DNA of 10,190 nucleotides from a virus (Duplodnaviria; Heunggongvirae; Uroviricota; Caudoviricetes): IMG/VR virus record IMGVR_UViG_2740892233_000002; one strand, 5' to 3'. Shown piece by piece: positions 1 to 6,714 of this stretch (position 1 is its first letter; each line of letters starts with the position of its first letter). The notes under the pieces were generated by a model. It saw only the letters and a program-made list of their open reading frames with translations, ran no database searches and was not told where the DNA came from. The position numbers and the translations under genes were made by a program.

Positions 1-130
1 CAGACGCAGGGTTACCCTCATAGTCGCTTTTCCGGTGCGATGGTGGAAGAAACCGGGATGTTTATTCATCATCACTTTGGATTGATGTATATGCTCTCTT
101 TTCTGACGTTAGTCTCCGACGGCAGGCTTC
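1..130. repeat. Inverted second copy of the lambdoid right-end segment (3' end of orf64-like gene plus downstream DNA)
   Basis: Reverse complement of 1..130 matches 9998..10127 at 128/130 positions; the two differences fall in the last codons of the orf64-like ORF (gatgatgaataaa vs gatgatggatgaa). Ends exactly at the N-run 131..140. Confidence 0.9.
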
Positions 131-140
131 NNNNNNNNNN
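131..140. other. Run of 10 N (probable scaffold gap or masked bases)
   Basis: Ten consecutive n. Flanks are unrelated in origin: inverted right-end copy on one side, V gene codon ~42 on the other. Confidence 0.95.
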
Positions 141-266
141 TACCTGTGCCAGTCGCTGCCAGTTATCGTCTGACAACGGGTTTGCATAGGCATCCCCCTG
201 ACCGTTATAAACCCACAGGGTGGTACCGGCACCTTTTACCGGTGCCAGAGGATTTGGTGTTGGCAT
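141..266 (-). CDS. V: Major tail protein gpV-like, N-terminal fragment only (~42 codons), truncated at the N-run
   Basis: ATG at 264..266; translation [42 protein letters not shown] resembles the lambda gpV N-terminus ([20 protein letters not shown]..., recalled). Sequence past the N-run is not V. Confidence 0.8.
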
Positions 267-273
267 ATCGTCC

Positions 274-739
274 TCACATCTCGTATGTAATGGAATAAGT
301 CAAATCAGCAGAACTCCATAACGCCATATCGTCATCACGACGATACTCATAGCCCTGCGTAACCATCGTGGTAATCAGGCCTGACAGTGCCGGGATCGCA
401 CTCATCGCCGGATAAATCCGGCTTTCCATCCACGAATCCAGCTCTGAATCCGGCACCTGAGCAGGCAGGAAAACTTCAATATGCAGCTCCGCCTGCCAGG
501 TATCGCTGTCCAGCGCTTCGCCCGTGTATTCAGCGCCGGTGAGATAAACAGCAATTGCCGGAAAATCCGCCTCATCAAAAACAGCGGGGCGACCATCAAA
601 CGTAAGCGTGCAGCAAGAACCGTATTGACGGGGATGTGTTATTCAGTCGGCAGTGCTACGCNNNNNNNNNNAGCGTCGCCCCGTGTTCATGCTGCTCGAG
701 TGCATCCAGCACTGCAGCACGGATATCAGTATGTTTCAT
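274..739 (-). CDS. U: Tail terminator protein gpU-like, disrupted: N-terminal 23 codons (739..671) and the rest (about 603..274) are in different frames, separated by the N-run and ~51 nt of non-U sequence
   Basis: ATG at 737..739 overlaps the Z stop (ATGA). [23 protein letters not shown] then, after 610..671, [64 protein letters not shown]...TYEM, matching recalled lambda gpU (131 aa). Stop TGA at 274..276. Confidence 0.75.
662..671. other. Run of 10 N inside gene U
   Basis: Ten n; flanked by the pentamer acgct (minus-strand sense) at 672..676 and 605..609. Confidence 0.95.
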
Positions 740-1311
740 CGCTTTATCACAATCCTTAGTTGTTGTTTCAACGCATAGCCCAGTTCTTTTGGCAGACGTT
801 CTCGCCGGATACGGTTAACGTTCTCATCAAAAGCCTGCTTCAGTGGGGCCGCCATCGGAATTTTAACCACCTGAATGGGAAGACGATTACGCTTTTTCCT
901 TCCTTTATCGTCATTGCCCTTCGCATACCGGGCTTCTGGCAAACGTTGCATAACATGCCAGCGCCCATTATTTAATCGCTGGATGAATGCCCGCTGATAA
1001 CGATGCTGACCGGCTTTAAGTATGCTGTTCGGACGATGACCAAGCATCCTGATCCCCAGCTTAATAGCAGGGAGATCACCGCGGTTAACGATAATTCTGG
1101 CATTCGGATTTCTGACCGTCGCCCGTTTCAGTCTGGACCGTTCCTTTACCAGTTTCCGGCTCACCCTGGTCTCCCGGGCAACCTGTGATGAAGACTGATT
1201 AATCGCCGTTGTAGCCACGCGGTTAATAGCCATTGCTGAAGCCGACGGAATGGCGTTTTTACGAACCCGGCTCAGATTTTCAATCGCCTGATCAAGCCCT
1301 TTTATCGCCAT
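736..1311 (-). CDS. Z: Tail completion protein gpZ-like (191 aa)
   Basis: ATG at 1309..1311, TGA at 736..738. MAIKGLDQAIENLSRV...[20 protein letters not shown] aligns end to end with recalled lambda gpZ (192 aa). Confidence 0.9.
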   Translation of the reverse strand: MAIKGLDQAIENLSRVRKNAIPSASAMAINRVATTAINQSSSQVARETRVSRKLVKERSRLKRATVRNPNARIIVNRGDLPAIKLGIRMLGHRPNSILKAGQHRYQRAFIQRLNNGRWHVMQRLPEARYAKGNDDKGRKKRNRLPIQVVKIPMAAPLKQAFDENVNRIRRERLPKELGYALKQQLRIVIKR

Positions 1312-1325
1312 AATTCACCCTGCGT

Positions 1326-1679
1326 TTATCGTCGCCGGTTAACTGCGGGTGGTTGCCCACGGTTCAGCCAGAGATAACAACTGCCCCCGTCATCCGGAGA
1401 AACACGATCCACCCAGAACGTCTCACCATTAATGGTCAACGTGTCACCACGCCGCACGGCACGAACCGTATCCGTCCGCACAAATAATGACGGGCTGCTT
1501 CCTTCAATACGGATCCCACTACTGGCAAACCCCAGCGACTCCGGATCGTCAAAAACCCCCTGAACTTCGCCGCCACGCTGTGCACCGGAGGTGAACTGCG
1601 CACTGATGCCCATCACTTCAACAATCGTACTGTCCACCCCGGCAAGGGCGGCATCAAAGGCATTCTGAAAATCACGCAT
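1326..1679 (-). CDS. FII: Head-tail joining protein gpFII-like (117 aa from the internal ATG at 1679; the ORF track extends to 1715)
   Basis: MRDFQNAFDAALAGVDSTIVEVMGISAQFTSG...FWVDRVSPDDGGSCYLWLNRGQPPAVNRRR closely matches recalled lambda gpFII (117 aa). Start at 1679 gives the lambda length and overlaps the FI stop. Confidence 0.85.
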   Translation of the reverse strand: MRDFQNAFDAALAGVDSTIVEVMGISAQFTSGAQRGGEVQGVFDDPESLGFASSGIRIEGSSPSLFVRTDTVRAVRRGDTLTINGETFWVDRVSPDDGGSCYLWLNRGQPPAVNRRR

Positions 1680-2046
1680 AAACAGCCATTCCACCATCAA
1701 CGTGTGTTTTTGCATCTGAGGACATAATCAGAATCACCCGACCAACATCCGCAAGCTCAACGGATTCCCCCGTTTCACCATCAACGCCACAGAGATGGAG
1801 GCAGGTCAGAACTCTGATGCGCGTTAACGCGCCGGATGTTTCCTCACGAACATCATGAGCCGCGTTTTCCCTCTCCCGGATATCCATATTCATAACCTGT
1901 ACATCATCGCCGGATGACTACATTTCCTCTTCCCATTCTGCCACCCGCTGCGCTATCTCTGCGGCACTCCCGGATATATCCGGCTCACGCCCCAGAATCA
2001 GGGCCAGTTCATCAAGCCGTTTCAGATTTTGCTCTTTCGTTGCCAT
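1672..2046 (-). CDS. FI: Head assembly protein gpFI-like, interrupted by an in-frame TAG at 1918..1920 (possible pseudogene)
   Basis: ATG at 2044..2046 preceded by ggggga. First 42 codons MATKEQNLKRLDELALILGREPDISGSAAEIAQRVAEWEEEM resemble the lambda gpFI N-terminus (shared RVAE motif), then TAG. The 73-aa ORF 1672..1893 is in the same frame; together 124 codons vs 132 aa for lambda gpFI. Confidence 0.6.
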
Positions 2047-2054
2047 ATCATCCC

Positions 2055-2088
2055 CCTGTGAAAAAAGACACGGGGGCATTTCGCCCCC
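2055..2088 (-). terminator. Putative intrinsic terminator or attenuator just downstream of E
   Basis: 7-bp GC stem cgggggc (2071..2077) / gcccccg (2082..2088) with a 4-nt loop; on the minus-strand transcript it is followed by ugucuuuuuuc (2058..2068 region). Lies between the E stop (2098) and the FI start (2046). Confidence 0.5.
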
Positions 2089-2097
2089 GCTCACGGA

Positions 2098-2982
2098 TTA
2101 TTTCACCTGTACCACCACAAACTCATCCGGGTCCGGCAACACCATCAGCGGCGCGGACTGCGTCATGGTAAATTCACGGGCGGGATCCCCTACCGTCAGC
2201 CAGTGTTTCGGATAACGGGAAGAGGCCACCACAATGGCCAGATCGCCGTAATACCCTTTGAAGGACACCACCGCGCCCAGGTCTTTCACCGCTGTTTCGA
2301 GTTGCGAATTAGAGCCGCGACGGGTATCCAGTTTTTCGCGGAACAATTTAAAGCCATTCAGCAGACGCCAGACGGTACCGTCCATAATGGCAATATTCAC
2401 AAGACCGCTGGCCTGGTCGCAGTAGAGGTCAAGATCATGTGTAGGATCGAACGTGTCACGATCCTGTTTTGACCACTCCTTACCACTACCCTGAGTGATG
2501 TTATTCTTCGTCGACCTGCCAAAATCGACCTCAATTTTCTCGAACTGGTCTCCTTCCATCGTGTATTTGCCATACAGCACGGCATTCACCGCCTGCATTT
2601 CTTCCACCCGGACAATGGCGTGCTCTTCCTGTTTGAGGTTATCAGTGATGATACGCAGACGACGGTAGGCCGGGTCGTTCAGCTGAGCCGGATCTTCACC
2701 GGGAAGACGCTCAACCGCCTGCTGGTAATTAAATTCGTGTTTCGGCTTGACGTAGCCCGGACGTAACACGCGGGTTTCACCACCACGATGACGCAGCACT
2801 TTTCCTTCAACAACCGGGGAAACATAGGCCGCCACCGGCGTTTTTCCGGTAATTTTGTCCAGCATCACCTCTTCGGTATGGAAATTCACCGTACGGCGGA
2901 AAAACAGCTCCAGAAACAGCGCACGAAATTTCACTTTTTGTTCGGTATAACCGAGTAACTGGCGGGTCGTAAACAATCCCAT
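2098..2982 (-). CDS. E: Major capsid protein gpE-like (294 aa; lambda gpE is 341 aa)
   Basis: ATG at 2980..2982, TAA at 2098..2100. MGLFTTRQLLGYTEQKVKFRALFLELFF...PGYVKPKHE...RRGSNSQLETAVKDLG...TVGDPAREFTMTQSAPLMVLPDPDEFVVVQVK matches recalled lambda gpE along its length except for a missing internal segment. Confidence 0.9.
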   Translation of the reverse strand: MGLFTTRQLLGYTEQKVKFRALFLELFFRRTVNFHTEEVMLDKITGKTPVAAYVSPVVEGKVLRHRGGETRVLRPGYVKPKHEFNYQQAVERLPGEDPAQLNDPAYRRLRIITDNLKQEEHAIVRVEEMQAVNAVLYGKYTMEGDQFEKIEVDFGRSTKNNITQGSGKEWSKQDRDTFDPTHDLDLYCDQASGLVNIAIMDGTVWRLLNGFKLFREKLDTRRGSNSQLETAVKDLGAVVSFKGYYGDLAIVVASSRYPKHWLTVGDPAREFTMTQSAPLMVLPDPDEFVVVQVK

Positions 2983-3011
2983 AAATCAGTTCCTTTCATT
3001 CAGAAATCAGT

Positions 3012-3031
3012 CAGGCCACCGCGGTGGCCTG
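3012..3031. repeat. Perfect 20-bp palindrome between D and E
   Basis: caggccaccgcggtggcctg is its own reverse complement; located in the 57-nt D-E intergenic region. Confidence 0.6.
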
Positions 3032-3039
3032 ATAACGTG

Positions 3040-3387
3040 TTACGGCAGCGCCGCGTGACTCAGGGCACTGCCGGCAAAGGCGTTGGCCTTTTTGTGTTCA
3101 TCCACACTTTCAGGCCAGCGGATTGCCTCCGTCGCAAAGGTCCCCGACTTGTAATAGGTCAGCGCCGTCTCTGTGCCTTCAAGCGGCAGTACCAGTATGC
3201 CAACCGCACTACCGGCTTTCTGTCCGTCCCAGACCACCAGTTTCCCGGTGGCCTCATCCAGCATCAGGGGCGTCAGTGCCGGTGTTGCCGAGGAAATCCC
3301 GCTGCTGCCTGTGGCGGTATGAGCCGGATCATTACCGGCAAAAATACGTACTTCCACACGCTGTTCAGTGATAGTTTTCGTCACCAT
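3040..3387 (-). CDS. D: Capsid decoration protein gpD-like (115 aa)
   Basis: ATG at 3385..3387 preceded by aggagg. ...NDPAHTATGSSGISSATPALTPLMLDEATGKLVVWDG...AVGIL...YYKSGTF... matches recalled lambda gpD (110 aa). Confidence 0.9.
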   Translation of the reverse strand: MVTKTITEQRVEVRIFAGNDPAHTATGSSGISSATPALTPLMLDEATGKLVVWDGQKAGSAVGILVLPLEGTETALTYYKSGTFATEAIRWPESVDEHKKANAFAGSALSHAALP

Positions 3388-3423
3388 ATTGTAAAAACCT
3401 CCTGTTGATGGTCAGCACTGGCT

Positions 3424-4026
3424 TCATGGCATGGCCATGAGCATTTTCACGTCCGCATCACCGTCTGCTGACGTCTGTGGCACGCCACCCTGTACCGCTG
3501 CCGGTGAATGGTTCGCCATGATGCGTTCAAACATGGCGGTTGTGGATGCAGAGACCGGTTCTGCCTTACCTGATCCCGCAGCCAGCACAGCCCGGGCGCT
3601 CTCCACAGTCATTCCCGGGCAGGCAGCCAGCTGTTCAGCCTGCGCCTCAGCCCCTTTTGCCTCATCCAGTGCCATGATCTGATCACGGAGTGAGGGTCCG
3701 GCATCCGCCTGCGGTGAAGCAGCCAGGATCGGGCGGGCTTTTTCCACCGTCATCTCCGGCATCGCCGCCAGCGTTGCCGCCAGTTGTTCACGACCTTTCG
3801 CTTCTTCACACGCCATAATGCGATCGGCTTCACTCTGCGCGGATGCCACCGGCTGCTGTGGTGCCGCCGCGGCCAGAATCGCCCGGGCCTGTTCAACGCT
3901 CATGCCCTGTTGTCCTGCCAGCATCGTGGCAAGCTGTTCACGTCCTTTCGCTTCCTGGCATGTCAGGATCCCCATCACTCGCTGGTTCTCCTGCGCGGCG
4001 GCTTCCGTTGCAGTTAATTGCGGCAT
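3424..4026 (-). CDS. Nu3: Candidate nested scaffolding protein Nu3-like (200 aa), in frame within the 3' part of C
   Basis: Internal ATG at 4024..4026 preceded by a strong Shine-Dalgarno (minus-strand cagaggaggcactATG). Corresponds to the position where lambda Nu3 (131 aa, same frame as C) starts in my recalled alignment (GGRMTKETQ vs GGTMPQLTA). Confidence 0.55.
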   Translation of the reverse strand: MPQLTATEAAAQENQRVMGILTCQEAKGREQLATMLAGQQGMSVEQARAILAAAAPQQPVASAQSEADRIMACEEAKGREQLAATLAAMPEMTVEKARPILAASPQADAGPSLRDQIMALDEAKGAEAQAEQLAACPGMTVESARAVLAAGSGKAEPVSASTTAMFERIMANHSPAAVQGGVPQTSADGDADVKMLMAMP

Positions 4027-4929
4027 AGTGCCTCCTCTGACATTACTGTTCAGCGCCGTGGCCATCACACTGATGGCATCCGACGCATTGATTAATTCAT
4101 CCGCCAGCCCGGCCTCAATGCCGGACTGACCTTCAAAAACGGCGGCCTCTGTTCCCGTGACAGCATCAACAGACAGACCGGTATACATCGCTACTTTTTC
4201 AGCAAACATCCGGCGCGCCGCATCAATGCGCTGTTGCATGTCCTGGCGAACCTCTGCCGGCAACGCTTCAAACTGATTGCCATCCACCTTGTGCGCCCCT
4301 GAGTAAATCAGCGTGATATCAACACCGGCCTGCGCCAGATGACCGGCATAGCTGACATGGCTCATCATCACGCCAATGGAGCCGATACGGGATGTCTGGG
4401 TAACCAGCCGTCGGGAGCAGGCCGACGCCAGCAGCATGGCTGCAGAGCAGGCCGTGTCATTGCACAGTGCCCAGACCGGCTTCTGCTGACGGAGGCGGTA
4501 AATCATGTCAGCGCAGTCAAACGCGCCGGCGGCCTGCCCGCCCGGACTGTCAATGTCCAGCAGTACGCCCCGCACCTGGCTATCCGCCATTGCCTGCTGA
4601 AGACAGGCGACAATGCCGTCATAGCCTGTCATTCCGGAAAATGGCCGCATACCCCCCAGCCGGTGCACCAGCGTGCCGGTCACCGGCAGTACAGCAATAC
4701 CGTTCACCACCCGGTAAACACGGGCCGGTCGTTTACCTCCGGCCATGTACTCGTCCGTTTCAGCCAGCATTCCGGGAGCATCAAACTGTACCTGCTGTTG
4801 TGGTACCGAAAGACTTGATGCCCCCATCTCGCGCCCGAGCGCGCAAAAGAAAACCCGCGCATAGGCGGGCTCCAGAAGCAGCGGTTCATTGAATGCTGCG
4901 GCAATAATGTGTGAAAGATTACGTCTCAC
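3424..4929 (-). CDS. C: Head maturation protease / minor capsid protein gpC-like (501 aa, S49/ClpP-like), apparent GTG start
   Basis: ...AFNEPLLLEPAYARVFFCAL...NGIAVLPVTGTLV...SGMTGYDGI...PVWAL...SIGVMM...ITLIYSGAHKVDGN... matches recalled lambda gpC (439 aa). Start codon GTG at 4927..4929, just upstream of the B stop. Extra length is in the C-terminal repeat region. Confidence 0.9.
   Translation of the reverse strand: MRRNLSHIIAAAFNEPLLLEPAYARVFFCALGREMGASSLSVPQQQVQFDAPGMLAETDEYMAGGKRPARVYRVVNGIAVLPVTGTLVHRLGGMRPFSGMTGYDGIVACLQQAMADSQVRGVLLDIDSPGGQAAGAFDCADMIYRLRQQKPVWALCNDTACSAAMLLASACSRRLVTQTSRIGSIGVMMSHVSYAGHLAQAGVDITLIYSGAHKVDGNQFEALPAEVRQDMQQRIDAARRMFAEKVAMYTGLSVDAVTGTEAAVFEGQSGIEAGLADELINASDAISVMATALNSNVRGGTMPQLTATEAAAQENQRVMGILTCQEAKGREQLATMLAGQQGMSVEQARAILAAAAPQQPVASAQSEADRIMACEEAKGREQLAATLAAMPEMTVEKARPILAASPQADAGPSLRDQIMALDEAKGAEAQAEQLAACPGMTVESARAVLAAGSGKAEPVSASTTAMFERIMANHSPAAVQGGVPQTSADGDADVKMLMAMP
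3573..3980 (-). repeat. Three imperfect tandem coding repeats (~47-53 codons each) in the C/Nu3 C-terminal region
   Basis: Protein units MGILTCQEAKGREQLATMLAGQQGMSVEQARAILAAAAP / MACEEAKGREQLAATLAAMPEMTVEKARPILAASP / MALDEAKGAEAQAEQLAACPGMTVESARAVLAAG. DNA echoes include gccagttgttcacgacctttcgcttcttcacacgccat (3780..3817) and gcaagctgttcacgtcctttcgcttcctggcatgtcag (3939..3976). Confidence 0.7.
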
Positions 4930-6511
4930 GTGGTGTTGTCTCCTCTTCCGGCCTGCGACTCTCCGCTATCTGCTGCTCATACGCCTGCGCTATCCACACC
5001 GGACGTGAGAGTCCGGCTTTTTGTCGCTCAGCAGATTCCCTGACCTGCTGGCGGAAAATGTCCTGATAATCCTCGCCCATCAGCGCCAGCTCTTTCTCAT
5101 ACGTGCTCAGTCCGGCCTCAATGCGCATCACTGATTCCTGGACTTCCTTGAGCCCGTCAATGGCCATTCTTCCGGCTCCAATCCACTCAGCCCGTGACCA
5201 GGCTGATCGCGCCTGATAAAAATCAAAACGCGCCCGTGGCGGACGAATAATCCCCCGAAGAAGTGCCTCTTCCAGCCAGCAGGAAAACATCTGCGTGGCC
5301 AGCCGGGACGCAATAAATTTTCGTCGTCCCATAAAATAGCGCCACGACTCATTGGCGGAGGCGCGGGCACTTGAATAACTGACCTTCGAGTAATCCCGGG
5401 ACAACTGTTCGTAGGAAACGCCAAGACCGGCGGCGATATACCGCAGCAGCGCCTGTTCAAGCGCCGAAAATCCATTGTCTGAATCCTGCGCAGTCTGCAG
5501 TTTCAGATCATCACCGGGGAAAAGGTGCGGAATTTTGACACCGCCCAGCGTCACGTTATTCGTGTCATACCAGGTGGAGAACTTATCCAGAATATTAATA
5601 AGCGGATTATCCTTCTGCCCCTGCGGCGCACCGGCGATATATTCAAAGGCCTTTTCGGTATCAAGTTCACTTTCAATCGTCGCTGCATACATCGCCTTCA
5701 CTATGGCCGACTGAAGCTGTGTTGCCTGCAGGGAATCGAGCATCTTCAGCCGTTCCATGACGCTGTAAAACTGGTTGGCCCCACGGGTCTGCCCGTCCTC
5801 CACCGGCTCGAAAATATGCAGCATGGCCGGACGCCCGGTGGGAAGTTCACGCGGGATCCGTTCCCATCGTCCACTCCCGGAGAACGGAAAATCATCCTCA
5901 CAGATATGGTACGCAACGGCACGGCCATATCGATCGACCTCCACCCCGGCCCGCAGAAAACGGTTCCCCATACCGTGTCCTGGCGTGTCCACCCGTTTCG
6001 GACTCACGGCTTTAAAACGCGTACGGAATAACTGCGTGGTTTCCGTATCCCAGACCGGCTGCACAAAGATTTCGCCGTTAAACGCATGAACGCCCACACC
6101 TTCACGGATAAATTCCGTAAACGTGCGTTTCCCTTCCACGTCGATCTCGCCAGACATCCCTTCGGCGTATTCCGACCAGGCCGCCTCCACCTCATCGACA
6201 AAACTTTTTGCTGCAGTCTCCCGCATCCCCAGCCAGCGCCAGTTCGGACGGTAGCTGATCAGAAACATATGCCCGACAATGTGATCCTTATGCAGAGCCA
6301 CCGCATTAGCCGCTATTCCGTTATTGCGCACCAGATCATCTGCCCGGGCATTCCCCAGACGCAACGCGGGCAGCAGGGCCGCATCGGCACTCTGCGCCGG
6401 TGGCAACCACTCAGCCATTTGCCCGCCAAATCCTGCACCGCCCCCGTTGTAGCTGAGACTCTCACGAAGCGGAACGCCGTTCACATCAATCAGGACAGGC
6501 GTTCGTTTCAT
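4919..6511 (-). CDS. B: Portal protein gpB-like (530 aa)
   Basis: ATG at 6509..6511 overlaps the W stop (ATGA); TAA at 4919..4921. ...DDLVRNNGIAANAV...LFRTRFKAVSPKR...FEPVEDGQTRGANQFYSVMERLKMLD...IVKAMYAATIESELD...LLRYIAAGLGVSYEQLSRDY...GRMAIDGLKEVQE...GLSTYEKE... matches recalled lambda gpB (533 aa). Confidence 0.95.
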   Translation of the reverse strand: MKRTPVLIDVNGVPLRESLSYNGGGAGFGGQMAEWLPPAQSADAALLPALRLGNARADDLVRNNGIAANAVALHKDHIVGHMFLISYRPNWRWLGMRETAAKSFVDEVEAAWSEYAEGMSGEIDVEGKRTFTEFIREGVGVHAFNGEIFVQPVWDTETTQLFRTRFKAVSPKRVDTPGHGMGNRFLRAGVEVDRYGRAVAYHICEDDFPFSGSGRWERIPRELPTGRPAMLHIFEPVEDGQTRGANQFYSVMERLKMLDSLQATQLQSAIVKAMYAATIESELDTEKAFEYIAGAPQGQKDNPLINILDKFSTWYDTNNVTLGGVKIPHLFPGDDLKLQTAQDSDNGFSALEQALLRYIAAGLGVSYEQLSRDYSKVSYSSARASANESWRYFMGRRKFIASRLATQMFSCWLEEALLRGIIRPPRARFDFYQARSAWSRAEWIGAGRMAIDGLKEVQESVMRIEAGLSTYEKELALMGEDYQDIFRQQVRESAERQKAGLSRPVWIAQAYEQQIAESRRPEEETTPRET

Positions 6512-6714
6512 AACCTCACTCCCAGCGGACGACGGCGACGCCGGGTTGTCCCCAGTACCGACTCCGCATCATTGATCGCCCGGTTAAGCTCATCCAGAGA
6601 AGCCGCCGTATATTCAATTCTGCGACCATCTTTCTGGACAGACACCACCCGTTTACCGGTTAATAAATCAAGGCGCGCCTGACGCAGCGCCTGCAGTTCA
6701 GCGACTGTAACCAT
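6508..6714 (-). CDS. W: Head-tail joining / head stabilisation protein gpW-like (68 aa)
   Basis: ATG at 6712..6714; MVTVAELQALRQARLDLLTGKRVVSVQKDGRRIEYTAASLDELNRAINDAESVLGTTRRRRRPLGVRL matches recalled lambda gpW (68 aa; [21 protein letters not shown]...). Confidence 0.9.
   Translation of the reverse strand: MVTVAELQALRQARLDLLTGKRVVSVQKDGRRIEYTAASLDELNRAINDAESVLGTTRRRRRPLGVRL

Noticed and set aside
72-140. Continuation of the track ORF 72..266 beyond the N-run (SLPSETNVRKESIYINPK)
   Set aside because: Sequence 1..130 is the inverted right-end copy; its translation in the V frame is fortuitous and unrelated to gpV.
402-599. 65-aa minus-strand ORF overlapping U
   Set aside because: It is in a different frame from the U homology; the U-like translation occupies the other frame over the same nucleotides.
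6086-6682. 198-aa + strand ORF, and similar + strand ORFs at 7502..8176, 5525..6031, 4339..4818, 4467..4892, 3037..3408, 2203..2472, 1914..2171 and 481..759
   Set aside because: Each lies antisense to, and fully inside, a minus-strand gene with strong lambda-family homology (B, A, C, D, E, FI, U). Their translations are low-complexity, Arg/Pro-rich shadow frames typical of GC-rich antisense sequence.
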